The notes: generated from the letters alone by a model not told the origin. A stretch of DNA of 64,000 bases from Bigelowiella natans CCMP2755 (GCA_000320545.1 ADNK01000631.1:1-64000); one strand, 5' to 3'; counted from the first letter of the stretch, positions 13,912 through 28,487 are shown. Numbers and translations are program-made.

Positions 13912-14252
13912 GTTATTGACTACAGTAACAGCACTGAGGTTTAGTATAACGAACCATCTCATCGATCATGCGCGCCTTGGCTGAAGATGAGTATTTTATG
14001 GACTCATCAACGGAAGTTGTTCCCACTGCTGCTAAATCGTTGGATAACGAAGGAGCAGATCTTTTAAATGTGGGTGATAGAGGTGATGATGATGATGATG
14101 GTGAATGCAGAGGGAATATAGAGGGAAAATTCCTTCCCGTGCTCATCGCCTCTGTTACTGCGCAAGAGAGAGCCAATTCGAGTCCCAACTCTATCAGAAT
14201 TTCCTACGACAATTTAAATATTTGTTTATGAGCGTAGTAACTGGTATTATTG

Positions 14253-14288
<36 letters not shown>

Positions 14289-16092
14289 TGTGTATGTGTT
14301 TGTGTGTGGCATCCATTAGAATGCTGAGGTACGTTAGAAGTCTTTGTTGTTGTATCAACGGAATTGCGTCGTCTCCCACCTTACTTACAAACTTCATTTC
14401 TTTGGGAGGAAGAACCATGGATTTTAAATCTTGCTCGCAGCCAGAGAACAAAATGCGCCGTCGCACACTTCCAACTGTTTTCAAGACAGTTTCTCTACGT
14501 TCTTTCACTGCTCTTATCTTGCTTTTTAAGACAGCTATTGCCCAATGAACGTGTTGAAGTTTCAGCTTCAGGTGATTGTTATACTTTTCGTCTTCCTCTT
14601 TTGCTGCATCTTTCTCCCCTTTTCGCTTCGAATGCTCAGTTGTTGGAATGTTTTCATGCATTTTTGTATTGCGGTTTATTTCTCCCCTTTTCTCCATGGG
14701 TGAAGGAGTATTTCTGATATTATTTTGGTCAATGGAGATCTTAGTTGCCTCGGATTGGGCGAGAAGCTCTCCAAGTTGATTTCGAAGTCCGTGCTCAAGC
14801 TTTCCAAGGAAAAAGTTTTGAAAGATTAAGCTGGCATCTCCTTCCGATACGATCTCATCCTCAGGATGATGACGAGGACCCCCCTTGGATTTTGACAGCA
14901 CGGAAGGGGGTGCGAAGGGAGTGGGATGGTCTTCCTCACGATTATAGGTGCTGTTGCGACGATTACCGCGATGACTCTGATGACGTCGGGAAGAAGAGGG
15001 GAGCTCGTCTTGATTACGAATAAAAGGAGTGGTGGCCGCAAATGGGTTACCTGTACGCACACTTGAGTCATTATTATGCACTCTTTCGAGGTAAATATGA
15101 TCAGATCTTATGCTGCCAGCATTACCTTCAGCAAGCCTGGGATGTGAGCCCGCAGCAGAAGCAGTAATATTCCACCAAGGATTGTCTATTTTGTATTCTG
15201 AGAAAAAATGCTTCATTTCTGCCACGTCTGCTATATATTTTTGCAGCTGCATCGATGTTTCACGGAGCTTCGCGTCGGCCAAACCTTTGCTTTCGCGAAG
15301 AGCTTTCATTTTCTGGCTTTGGTCGCTGAGTTTCTCCTGAAGCATCTGAATCTCCTTTTCAAGGCTGGTTGCATGCTTTTGTGCCTCTTTGTTTTTGGAA
15401 CCACCAATTTTAAGTTGCTCTTGAAGTTTTGAACATTCTTCTTGTAGTTCCTTCACGTTCCCTCTATGAAATTGGTCCTTTGCCATTTTGCGCTCATCCC
15501 ACTGTACGGCAACCCCGTCGAGAGAAAACAAGAATGGCATCCAATATATGCAAAACAGTCGGTAGTTATGCAGCTGGCATATTGGATTTCCAGAAAGTAT
15601 TAATGTTTGGAGATGAGGAATCTTCGCAATTCGTTTGACACTTTCCAAATTATTGATTCTATTGCAGGATAGATCCAAATGTCTCAGCTGTGAGCAGTCT
15701 TTTATGCACGAAGGAACTCGAGAGATATCGTTAAGGGACATCTTTAAAGACATCAAATTCTTCATTGAGGCTATTTTATCAATACTTGAGATCTTGTTCT
15801 TCGAGAGATTTAACTCTTTCAGGTGTCGGAGTACCTGCAATGCATTGATATCTCGAATTTCTGCTATTGCCTGTCCTGTCAGATTTAGCACCTCCAAACC
15901 AATGCATTCGTCTAAGCAGCCCTCCACCCGTCTTATTTTTCGATCTTCCTCAGGCCTAAACCGCAAATCTAAGGATTTTATCTGGCTGAGGTCCCTGATC
16001 CCAGCATGCTTTCGAATGACCTCCGTTGTGAGGTACCTTGTCCCGTACTGCCGCTCTAAACTGTTACCGACGGCGAGTTTACCTTCTTCCAT
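7561..16092 (-). CDS. Centriolin/CEP110-like protein: N-terminal LRRs with LRRcap, then long coiled coils; multi-exon
   Basis: YLTTEVIRKHAG..LSQIKSLDL..LEVLNL..LNLSKNKI..GNPICQLHNYRLFCIYWMPFLFSLDG resembles the centriolin N-terminus. Collinear coiled-coil ORFs at 13047-13538, 11176-12714, 8271-10892 and 7561-8292. Confidence 0.75.
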
Positions 16093-16371
16093 ATTTTGTA
16101 TTAATATATCTCCGGTAGATCTATGTGAAAGTTCTGCGTCGCTTATAGCTCTAGGGCAAGAGAGGAATCATCGAAAGGGTAAGTTAAGTGGTGGGGCAAA
16201 ACGAAGTGGTTCCCGCCATTTCTCCGCAGGGTGTGTGTTGTTATTGTTGCGATGCTGTTATGCTTTCTATGGGTTAAATCGTGGTTGAAATCCCATTCTT
16301 ACCCCGCTGATCCAGTTTTGAGGATTAGTTGGAGTTTTCACCACGATTTGACCTAAAAAAACAAAGCTATA

Positions 16372-16471
<100 letters not shown>

Positions 16472-16565
16472 CCTTACAGCCACACTCTTGGGAAGTGAAC
16501 ACAATGGCATCACTCACTCTGCATGGCTGCGGTGAATCAACGTAGCTGGGAAGAGAATAACTAAC

Positions 16566-16814
16566 ATGGCGCCTGCCATGCGCCATCTCGCCTTTTTACT
16601 GATCCTGTCCGCCTCCCCAGTCACATGCACGTACTTTCGTGACTGTGATGCACAGTTGGATAAGGAAAAAGGGCCATTTGGTAGCCCCACGTTTGTGAAT
16701 GAGACATGGGGGAAGACTTTGTTCTGGAGCCTCGTGCCACCTGGGGTATAATTCAGATTATTCTACGTGTATACGTACATGTGTATGCATTTTCTTTATT
16801 GTTTGTCAGTGTGT

Positions 16815-16857
<43 letters not shown>

Positions 16858-17930
16858 AACGTAGTCCGTGTTCGCTTGTGTCCTCCGCTCTAGAAAGTGT
16901 ATATGTGATCGTGTATATGCGTAATCTTTGAATCTGTTTGGATTTCCTTAAACTCTGAACCCTAGCATCATAGAATAAACGAATCTCCTTATATTCCAAT
17001 ATACTAACGGAGAAAGCAGTGGCTTACCGATCAACTAAATCATTTCACAATGATGTCTCAGAACGATACTTTACCTCTGATCGTCTTCATGCACGGCAGC
17101 ACAGGGCAATGGGAGTTTTACAACGAGAACCTTGAGTTGTATGCTAGCCACGGCGCAGTCGTGGTGTTTCCTTTCATAAAGTACGATTTCTAGATGATGA
17201 CATCTAACATTATCAACATGAACATTGTCATCGTCGTAATGATCATTTTCCTCGTTAATATCATCATCGCCACCAATACTGAAATCCAGGCTATTAGTAA
17301 GCATTTCCCAGAAACATGAGTTTAAATGATAATGTTGTTAGAAATCCTGAGGGTGATAAGAAACCCTTTACTCTTAACACTGATGGGAGGTATCTCGTCA
17401 AGGTAGCTCATAAGAAATAATGTGATGATTATGATGATGCTGAAGCTGTTGTTGTTGTTGCCGCTGCTGCTGCTGATGAACTGAAGGTGGTGATGATAAT
17501 GACGACGACGATGATGATTGGTGATGATAACGATGATAATTGTAATCATGATGATGATGATGATGATGATTATGACAGTAATGATGACGATAACAATAAT
17601 AATAATAATAAGAAGAATAAGGATGATTATGATGGTGATGATTATGATGATAATAATGATGATAATGGTTTATATGCTTAGACTCTTTCGAATTTTTACG
17701 CTGTTTTGTGTATTTTAAATTGATACATCAGGCTATCAATTATGCTCTAAACATGACAAAGAACGGGTCAAGTGCATTCTTCAATAGGGTTGATGCACAT
17801 AACATTGTTATAGCAGGTATGATATTTAGCACACAACATTCATATATCTTGATCAAAACACAGTCATGCATAGCACAATTTGAAATATATTCATGACAAC
17901 GCAATCTACACACATACACACACACACACA

Positions 17931-17977
<47 letters not shown>

Positions 17978-18612
17978 TAAGCGCAAGTCGAACTTCTAAT
18001 GTGACCATCATCATTAAAGTCAAACTAAGACGAATATCATTTCTTCAGGACATAGCATGGGAGCAACTTGCTCGATCGAAGCGTCAAAAACTCTATTAGA
18101 AGAAAAAGCAATCAAGCTCACAGTTGCTCAACACCCAGGCGTGTGTGGCCCATTCGGCCCCCCCCCCCTCCCATCAACATGGATGCCTACGGCATTGGCA
18201 AGTGTAGCAAAAGCCCATCCTGTCCTATTCACAACTGCAACGAATGATGGAGCTTTCTGGCCTGCTCCCCACACAGCCGAACACGAGTATGGATGTTTTA
18301 AAAAGGCAATGGGGGGCAACAAAAAGAATGACACCGCTGACATTACCCGGCAAGGCTGCTTTCATAGCGTTTAGTGCAGATGCCTGCAATCAGGACGGGG
18401 ATAGACAACCTATCATCAAGGATGGAGGGCACAACTGCCCTACAAAGTTCAAGAATGGAGGTGCGCCAGAGACTCCATGGGTGATGACCGCGTTTAAATT
18501 GTATGCACAGTTCGCAGGTTCGAAAGCCTCAAAGTGCTACAACATGCTGTGGGGTGATGACGCCGACAGTTTGAAGAATTCAAAGGATGCTGACGTGGTC
18601 GACTTGCGTTAG
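16566..18612 (+). CDS. Secreted alpha/beta hydrolase (chlorophyllase/cutinase-like), multi-exon
   Basis: Signal peptide MAPAMRHLAFLLILSASPVTC; LIVFMHG..YASHGAVVVFP; spliced nucleophile elbow IVIAG|HSMGA (GxSxG). Confidence 0.8.
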
Positions 18613-19220
18613 ATGTCGTTGTAGCACTCTCACTGATGTCAGATTTAACTAGTTAATCACACGACAATGCTAGTACACATTGCATACCATTGTTGTGACT
18701 CGTGCAACGCAAACAAGTAGTTTTGGCTCGCTACGCTGCCTGCGCATGGCTGTGGCATCACATCATCATTGACTACTGCTCTTAGTATGACAATGTGGAG
18801 GCTCTATAGTGCTAGCGTGCTAGCTGCTATCTATTTGTCTAGTCATCGGAATCGTGTTGCATGCTAACATGTGTGTTGCCTAATCATGACGTACAAATGA
18901 GTTGTTCCAGCATCTGTCTAAGATGAAATTATTGCCCTGATATATATACTAATGCATACATGTGCGCATCTGTTTCACTCACGACATGCTCATGCTGCAA
19001 CTACTGAACCCATTATCAATGTGTATGTATACATATAGTGTGAATTCTACGTACAGCATGCACTAGTATGGCTGCCCACACCATATTGTTCATCAAATTT
19101 TCCTGCATTAGGAATACCAACAAATTCTGCACTCTGATGCCCACGATCCTACTGTATGCACTCGTAATTCATTGTTAATGCCAGTACGTCTTCAAGACAA
19201 CAATTATCCATGTGGCTTGG

Positions 19221-19289
<69 letters not shown>

Positions 19290-19290
19290 T

Positions 19291-20336
19291 TCATAGTTTA
19301 CAAAGAGTGTCTACACGCTGCAACTGATCCTCTGTGAGGGATTTGCAAAGTCTTCTCGCCTCAGTTAATCCCTCCAATCTTTCGATCTTTCTCATCCCAA
19401 CAATATGAGCAATGCACGGCCAACGTCTGCACATGATGATTCCACATAAAAGTTGAGTATTATACGAGATTCTTTTGCGATAAGATCCTGGACTCAATTT
19501 TAATTATTATAGGAACATCGATCAAAAATATATTGAAAAAAATTTTCTTCTTACCGTCGCATCCACGCGAGAACGAGTGCATGCGGGCTGTTCGCTCCAA
19601 CAATCTTCGCAATCTCTTTTACTTCTGGAAAGTCTTCGGTGAAGCACCTCCTTCCATCACGCGCCTAAACATCATATTATTTAATGAAGATGCCTTCTCG
19701 TAGTGTCAGTGAGTGTGTAACTTAGTAGTATGCTGCTAAATGGGCAGTGGTTATTTGGTTATTCTCACACATCTATCTCCTATCATAATCCACTGTTCTA
19801 AAGCCCCCCTCCCTAACCCTTTCTCCCATTGACACCACCACGTATAAAAAGAGAGAGAGCTGTATGAGCTACTAGAAAGCAGAACAAGCTGCGATTAAAG
19901 CGATTGAGAAAAATCACCTTCAACCCTCCAAAGACTCCATGAGGAAGAAACAGCATACCTTCTGATTTGCAGAAATTTAACACACCACGGCGAGAAGAGA
20001 GAGGCTCCGAAGCTCTCATTTTCCTTCCTGCATTGATATCATACAAAGAGAAAGAGCACTGTGTACAGGCCAATCTACAACCAGACGCTGCAGATGCCAT
20101 CTTGATTTGAGAGACCGAGGCATTGCAAATTCCAAGATGTGAAATCTGATAAGAAAATAAAGAGATTATGGATGATGAGAAGAAGAGGTGTGTCGCGTCA
20201 GATGAGGCAGTGATGTACTATGTATAGTAATCATTTTCACGATCAGCGATTATGTAAGGATAGATAGCAAGCAATCGTTGTGGTTGCTGTTGTTGTTGCT
20301 GTTGATGTTGTAGTAGTGGTAGTAGTAGTAGTAGTT

Positions 20337-20367
<31 letters not shown>

Positions 20368-20776
20368 CAGCGACAACAAGTAACAAACATGTATCCCAGT
20401 ACTACCAGTCCTTCTCTTTTAAGCTTTGCGACTCTTTTGAATATAGCAGCTAGTTTTATCCCTGGTAGCACAACAGCAGTGTAAGAAATAGACACCGTCG
20501 TAGTAGGAGTAATAGTAGTAGTAGTAGTAGTAGTAGTAGTATATTAAATAGTAACTAACACCTACTTGTTCTACTCCTACTACTAGTACCATGTCTATCC
20601 TTAGATGGGGGATGATGCAGCATCCATATCGTAATAGGCCCAAAGGCATAGTGCCAATTTAGTGCTCTGTTTATATGCATGCTACCGTCATTTTTGTGAA
20701 TATGTCATTAACACGGTATCTCACATCACTCAATTCGCGGGTATATTAAGGGAACTACAAGCGACATAAGAACAAG

Positions 20777-20826
<50 letters not shown>

Positions 20827-22838
20827 TAGTAAAGAAGATGATAAAGATGATGATTGTCAGCATTATCACCTATCCGCAAATCATTTAATGCATCTTACTA
20901 GAAATCAGAAGCTTACTCGCTCCCTCCTCTCCCTCTCACTACTATTACCTGTAGCTGCCTCGAATGCAAGATTCAATGGCATTTGGTGTCATATCACCCT
21001 CTCTCCAACCAGTGGAAGTCTCATTAATACGACGGAATCCTCCCTGTCATACGATAGAAGTGTTATCATCACCGCTTTAATGATAGAAAATCTACTCATC
21101 ATCGAGTACATGGCCTTGTCCATCATCATCATCATCATCATTCTCCTCATCATCATCTTTACGCTCATGTTTCCTGCTCTATTCTCCTTCCTACACAACA
21201 AGCACTATTATTCTCCCACTGCCACCTTCGTAGCGACTACTACTCCAGAAAGAACGTTTTTTGCGTCGTTGCTAATGGAGAACTCATCGCAACTTTTATT
21301 GGGGATCTTATCGGCTACTGTTGATGATGTGCTGGCATTGAGCATGGAATATTCTGCAAATACCTGCATTTTGAAATGCATTTAACACGGCCTATCAGAT
21401 GACCATCATTGTTTGTTTGCACGTAGACTACCATATGTCTGAATATGTGTATGTGTGTGCGTTTAATGTATCACATGACGAGGAGTTCCGCTATGAATTG
21501 AGTTAATACCTCGGAAAGAAGCTCTTCGGTGTAGTGCAGCTGATGCGGGTTGGGCGAGTACGTGTCTGCAGTATCGAATAGTTGCACACCTTCCACCAAA
21601 GCTTTTCTGAGCAGTTTCTTCGCGGCTGTACGAGAGAGCGCTTTTGCCGGATCTGGGTATTTTACTGACATGGCCAGTGTTCCTACTCCGAACGAATCAA
21701 ACTTTGTCCATAGCTCATTTCTACAAGAGGAGGAGTGTAAAAACACATGGCATAGAGTGAGACTATATTTTAGATGACATATATTGCCCAAGATGGCGGA
21801 TGAGATGGAATGATTGGGAACGAAGACATCGAATGATAAGATAATGATGATGGTGATGGTGGTGGTGGTATATGGTAGTTGTAGTAATAGCCATAGTAAC
21901 AAATATCCTACTAGAACCACTGCTACCACCTTACGTTCTTTTGTCGTAATCTTGAAGAGGCAGTGGATGAGGTTTTTGCTGCTACTGCTGCTGCTGCTGC
22001 TTGAGTAGTTACTGTAGCAGTAGGTGGTAGGTAGGATGACGCAAAATCATTCTCAATTTTATTCCGCTTGATTTTTACAGTATTAGGCCCTTTCGAGTAA
22101 TCAGTACTTGTGTTTGTGGTCGTTGGGGATGCGGAGGAGGAAGAGGAAGAGTCAATAGCAAAAGTAGCTAAATTAAGGCGTTTTCTATGTTTCATGCTCT
22201 CTGAGATCCATTCAGGCGACACAACCGCTATTTTACTTCTATTTCTAAATTCGTATGCTGCAGCTGAAGAGCTTTTGTAAATCTTAGATCGAATTATAAC
22301 ATCCTGTACATTAATATATCCATTAGTCAAAATCTTCGATCCACAGCATTATATCGTATCGTATGGCCGTGTTGCGTATCATGGAAATATAACATCAATA
22401 ATAATCACAAATTTACTATAATATATTTACACTTACTGGTGGTGGTGTTGATAAGATAGTCGCAGGAGAAACAGAGGACGATGCACTTTCTATCCTCCGC
22501 CTCTTCTTCTTTTTCTTAACCCCCCTCCCCGGGAGCTCTACGATTTCCCCCCCCTCTCTTTTAATGATTGACTCGAGTATCAGAGCTCGGACTCTCGGCA
22601 GATCTATGCCTCCTGGAATTATGCCAATTCGTAAATCACTGAATAGCATCAGTTTCTTGCCGGTCCCTCCCGAGGAGACTAGAGTAGAAGAATCATTTGT
22701 TGTTCTTTTGCTCCTCCCTGCTTTGCCGCTGCTGCTAATTTGACAGCACAAGGCGGTGCTGGCCACAACATTCTTTTCTTGACACCGTCCTCCCTTTTCC
22801 ATCTTCTTCTGTTCGTTCTTTCCCCCTTTTAAACGCAT
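19291..22838 (-). CDS. BRCT domain fused to aldo-keto reductase, multi-exon
   Basis: BRCT: LFSDLRIGII..IIKREGGEIV..VVSPEWISESM. AKR: FGVGT..ALVEGVQLFDTADTY..EELL..VVVATK..LGICN..FCKSEGMLFLPHGVFGG..IVGMRKIERLE. Confidence 0.7.
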
Positions 22839-23215
22839 GGTCGTAGTCAGGGCAGGGACGGAAAATAGAGTCGGAGGAGGGAGGGGGTTCTTCGAAGAAC
22901 GTGTGCTCTAATTTCTTATTTTCCGATGGTATGCAGTTGTTGGTAGTGTTGGGAACTTATTTCTGCTGAAGTCATAATTATTCCCTGTAACATCGTAATT
23001 TAAAAATTGAGAGTTTTCCAAGGTCTATCGCTGGGTGCGACTGACTACTTGTGACACGTACCCTGCAGCCTGCAGCACTACCTTTAAAATCACAATTTCC
23101 CGTGGATGGATAGCTGCTGCACACCCACATGCTTTGACAAAGCACTATAGCTAGCAGACACTTAATGTACTACTGAGGTTTTTCGCACAGAAGTTTCTCT
23201 CACTTTTTGTTCGTG

Positions 23216-24526
23216 ATGGGAGCTTGTGCGTCTGGCGATTACAGCTACAAAGGATCGGATGCTGAGCGGGACCGAGACCGGCAACTGCAGAGAGAACTCA
23301 ATCGCTACAATCAACATCAGGAGGAAATTCATAAACTCTTACTTCTCGGTGCTGGACAGAGTGGCAAATCAACAATGTTCAAACAAGTGAAGCACAACTG
23401 TATCTTTCGCGCACTTTACCAATCTCACTTGCTATTTTACAGATGATGATACTTTATGGGGATGGATTCTCTGAAGCAGAACGAAAATCTTACGAACCAA
23501 TCATCTATGGAAATATTATTCAATCGATGCAGGTTTTGCTCGAACAAGCGGATTTATGGGCGCAGACAGACAGTAAATGCGAGGTTAGCAATAAGCTCAG
23601 TGAAGAGATGGATGAGATTGGAAATTTGCGACTGGATGAACCACTCGATGAGGTAACACTAAATTCTATTGATAAGGTTCAAATGATGGTGAATTTTGTA
23701 ATTAGAAATATGCTGGGATGGTTTGGAACTTGTGGAAAGATCCTGCTATTCAAGCCGTGTATGAAAGGAGAAACGAGTTTCAATTGAATGAATCTGCAGC
23801 GTACTACTTCGAAAATGTGAAACGTATCGGAGGAGAGGACTACGTTCCCAGTGAGGAAGATCTATTAAGATCCCGTGCTCGAACAACTGGAGTCATTGAG
23901 AACAACTTCACCATTGACGGAAATCGTTTCCAAATGTTCGATGTAGGCGGTCAGAGAAGTGAAAGGAAAAAGTGGATCCATTGTTTTGAGAATGTTTCTT
24001 GCGTGCTTTTTGTAGCTGCTATCAGTGCGTACAACCAGGTTATATAGCAATTATCTCATGTACTACTTCGGCACTAATAATTATCTCAGGTGTTATTTGA
24101 AGACAATCAAACAAACCGAATTGAGGAGGCTTTGGATCTTTTTGAAGAAGTTTCGAATTCTCGATGGTAGAATTATTTATTTAAGAAAAATACATCTTAT
24201 ATTTCCTAACTAAATACAGGTTTCAGAAAACTTCGATTGTATTGTTTTTGAACAAACGCGATGTTTTCATGGAAAAAATCAAGCACAGTCCCATCACAGT
24301 CTGTCCATCTCTGGAAGATTATTCTGGAGATCCCGAAGACCCCGAAGAATCTGCAGATTTCATTATCGACACATTTTTGGCTAAAAATACCACTGAGAAA
24401 ACGATACATCCGCACTTAACATGTGCAACAGATAGAACAAATGTGAATTTAGTCTTCGACAGTGTGAAGGAAACTGTGATGAAAAAATCATTGGAGGCTG
24501 CAGGTTTGACAACTGCTGCTTTTTAG
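23216..24526 (+). CDS. Heterotrimeric G-protein alpha subunit, multi-exon
   Basis: MGAC lipidation N-terminus; KLLLLGAGQSGKST, RARTTG, DVGGQRSERKKWIHCF, FLNKRD and TCAT motifs. Confidence 0.97.
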
Positions 24527-25041
24527 CTAGACACTTGCACTTCGTTGTGGTCGCGTGCGTATGTTAGAAGAAGCTCAGGCGTGAATCACCATTAGTATCA
24601 CCATTTCCTCATTTTGCTTTGAAGAACACCAATTCGGATTGTTTGCATGAAATGGGCACGCAAAGGTCCGTGGTAAAGACTGTTGAAGCACTTTCACATT
24701 GTGATGGCGCGATGCGCGTGACTAGGTGTGCGAGCAAATCCTAGAATCGGCGCGTTTTTCCTCTAGTTCTCATTCCAGCATTGTTGTGAGACTCAATTCA
24801 TTGCTAGGTTGCACTAGTGCAACAGCACACTCTAGCACTTCGCAAAAGAATCAACCAAAACATGATGTCTTTCACGCAATGTGCTGCTGCCCAGTCATTT
24901 TCTCGTGTGCAAAACTAGAAAAATGCATGCACACATGCTAGCATGCATGCACAACTAGAAAAATGCATGCACACATGCATGCACAATTCCTCACACAATG
25001 TCACTGATGTGAACTAGTGAATCACGGCATGCTTTCCACGG

Positions 25042-25068
25042 CTTGGTTGTCCACTTTGGAGACAAGAA
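25042..25068 (+). repeat. Left TIR (15 bp perfect, about 27 bp with transitions)
   Basis: CTTGGTTGTCCACTT-TGGAGACAAGAA versus reverse complement of the right end CTTGGTTGTCCACTT-CAAAGGCAAAAA. Confidence 0.85.
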
Positions 25069-25810
25069 CCACGCGCCGCGAGTTGCTGAACCCACGTGTG
25101 AAGGCCACAAACGCGCTTCGTTGCACAATCGCGATCACGATCGCCACACGTGCGTCGAAAGCAAATCAAAACTCCCACGCAAACGCGAGCTCAGATTGCA
25201 ATGTGTGTGAATGTGAAAACCATCTCGTGAAACATGACATGAGGAATGTGCGAAGTGCAATGACAACGGCGATGTTCTCTTCACAAAGCGGAAACGTGTG
25301 CACGCCACATGCGGTCATGCCATGTGTTCCATCTGAGCAAAGTTGTGCGCATGGCGTCGAGTGCCGAATGTGATTTGCATCATGTCAGAACAAACAGCAT
25401 TTGCAGCGTTCCACACTCGACATTGCAAGGCACAAATGATGCCTTTTCATGCCAATTCAGCCGCGTCAATGATGTGTTACGAACATGCCAGTGCATTCGT
25501 AACATTCAGCCGTGAACAGCGACATGCATGCGTCTCATCAATCTCCAGACAGGCTCACAAGGTCATGAGAGAATGCCACAAAATGAACACGTCTCCATGT
25601 GTGTGACTCATCCAATCAATCACAAAAACTACCATCATCATCATCACTAGAAGATGACATGAAAATGTCATCTCCACTGCTGTCATCCATTCCAACATCA
25701 GTGTTAGCATGAGGGTCGGCGCACATGGGTTTCGGTGCTTTGTCCAATCTCCTTGATTTGCGTGTTGGAACCTGATGGAAAAGATGGTTGATGTGTGAAA
25801 ATGAGCTGAT

Positions 25811-28487
25811 TCATGCATGCAACGTCACCGAGCTAGTGTGTGCATCTCGTGAAGTGTGTTCTTGGAGTCTTTGCCTTCTTGTTGCGCTGTGAACAATGCG
25901 CAAACATGCGCCAATTGATGCTGTGCTTGTTTCATCATCATCTTCATCGTGTTGCATCGCATCTTCACTTGAACTTGGTTCGTCGCTGTCATCGTGTTTG
26001 TGTTCACTCGTGTCGTCTGTGCCGGAACTGTCTGATTCATGCTCGGGGTGATGCCTAGCCACATTGCTTCGAAACCATTCTGGGCTAGAGTGAATCAGCT
26101 CAATGATTTGTTTCTCGAAAGAAGCGATGTGATGCTTGATGCGGGTTTTGTCCATGCAATTAGGTTGTTGGTTGAGTTTTGTTTTGCACATGTCAACATT
26201 GTTTGCAGTTGAACAGCATTTGTTGCAAGTGCATTTCACGTCATCGTCGTGCGATGATTTGTCTTTCACAACTTGAACAAGGTGTTTGATTCGCTCCATG
26301 AACCAATTGGATGTCTTTTGCAAGTTCGGAGTGTTGTTTCTGATTTCTGGTTGTTTCCGCTGAAGGTGTCCTTCTCCCATGGAAGTGCAAAATGTTTTGG
26401 TGCTGTTCCACATTGTTTTCATGATCTTGAAACATTCATTTGCATGTTTGATGTCTTCAGAATGGGTGTCCCGAATCATTTTGCGACCACAAATTGACAA
26501 CATGGATTCACCAGGCTCTTCATTGCCATGATTTGGACTTTCACTGAAGTTCAACCAGAAATCAGTGGAGGCATTTCGGTGCATCTCAAGAACAATGTGG
26601 TTCATGCATGTGTTCCTTCCACATTGCCTGTGTCCAAAATTGGCAAAAGCTGCTGTGACATTTTTGTGCAAACTGAAAAGCATTTGAAAGTCGTCGACTT
26701 TCAAAGCGATCATGTGATCACGTAGCAACGGTGTGCAAAACCGAAGCAAAGAGCGCCAAGAATCCAGTTCTTCCCTCTCTGGGATGTGTTGTCGATGAAC
26801 GCTGCAAGCTGGACACTTGTCAAACGATTCTTTGTTGTCAATGTTCCAGTTGGCATCCAAAATCTCGTCCATTTCACATTTTTTGCCAGAGTGTGTCACT
26901 CTCAAGAGTGAAAAAAAGTGCACAATGTGCGCGATGTGCTTTGGTTTCGATTTCCATTTCTGCCCAGGGTGCAGTTTTGCAAACAATGGCATGAAAATGT
27001 CTTCATGGCTTCTCCATGCGAGCATGGAAAGAAATTTGCAAGAGTGCCACCATCCCAAAACAGGCATGATCAAGTTCCTCACATCCAAAATGTGCAAACT
27101 TTTTGACCAAAATGCCTGAGCAATGACACACAAGGTTGCGAATGTGCCAGCACGTTCGCAACAAAGTGGAACATTGTGAATGACCTTCAAAATCCTTTCA
27201 CAAATGGCCACATCCGAAACCACAGTGATCATGCAATTTTGTGGAATGTTCTGTTTGCATGAGCTCAATGAAATCTTGAATGGTCCTTCATTTGCCGAGA
27301 CGTTGTGTTCGTTCATCTCGCAAGGTTGCACATGTGATGGAGCGTCGACCCGGTTTTTCACGGCCTTGATGTGTGCGTTCCTTTTCTTTTCATCTGCCAC
27401 ACATCTCATCACAGCATCCACTGTCACTTTGATGGGCACATGCCTGATGTCCCATTTCAAACACAAAGCAACACCGGACAAATTGAACTCAGCTTCGTCG
27501 ATGAAACGCATGAACCAATTGGATTTGTCACTGAACAATGAGGTGATGTCACATTGAGGATGTCCCTTCTCAATGTGCCAACATGGTTTCTTGACAAAAG
27601 GATGGATCACACTCGGATGCTTCTCAATGGCCACTGCACACCATTGACAGTTTTTGTGCACATTGTTTCCTCTTGGCATTTGAACTGCCAACGCTTTCCC
27701 GCAATTGTCAATCCACATCAAGCTCAGTTTTGATTCTCTGATTTCCATGCCATTCTCAATGCGGAGTTGTTTGCATCTCCTCAAGAATGAAGATTTTCCA
27801 CCACCAATCCCAATCTTGGACAAAAGTTTTGTGCCATTTGATGATGATCCTCTGAACCGTGGTGACATCAGCAAGTGTTTCCACTTGGATTGCAACCGCT
27901 TGTGTTCCACACTCAAAGCCAGCAGACCCATTGAAACAAAATGTCGGATGCATGTGTTGAGTTTCTTTTGTTTCAGTGCCCATTTCAATTGTGACAATGA
28001 AGACAAATGACCAAATTTGTCACATTCATTCTCATGGACGAAATGGGTGCAGAAAACCTCGAACAACTCGAAGCCAAAGAAACCTGTTTGACATTTGCAA
28101 TGTCACTTTCTGGTTGTGAATGTTGTGAAACAGACCTTCAGTTGGGAACAATCTGCTTCCGGCTTCAAAAACATCCAAATGAATGTCATCCATTTCGGAT
28201 TTCATTGAACTCCTCACCAGTTTGGACAATTTTGTCCTGAATCCTTTCCAGGAAAATCTTGACTGACGTCGTTCGTTTTTTCCACTGCTCACAAACATGC
28301 ATCATGATTTACGAATGCACTGGTACATTCGTAATGCAATTTCTTGAACATCATTTTTGCATTTTGAATCAAAATGAGATGTTGAGTTGAAAGTGGACCT
28401 CAAGATTGCATTTTCAATTGCACGTTGCTTGAAATGACGACAATGTGCTTTTTGCACAATGAGCCAAAAAAGAAGATACGAATGCAT
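25811..28487 (-). pseudogene. Putative DDE-type transposase (Academ/DUF6589-like motif order), mutationally degraded
   Basis: 751-aa ORF (25811-28066) plus probable upstream exons. Motifs WIDN (~27710), VVSDVAI (~27210), PVLGWWH (~27050), NEEPGE (~26515). No Tyr in 751 aa. Family assigned from motif recall, not from a search. Confidence 0.6.

Noticed and set aside
24913-24985. Direct repeat aactagaaaaatgcatgcacacatgc resembling a CRISPR or LTR
   Set aside because: Only two adjacent copies with no spacers or cas genes; a simple local tandem duplication.
25811-28066. Cys/His-rich metal-binding protein or alternative genetic code
   Set aside because: TpA loss affects all codon positions, introns and flanks, so it is mutational. 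Host genes use Tyr and TAA/TAG normally.
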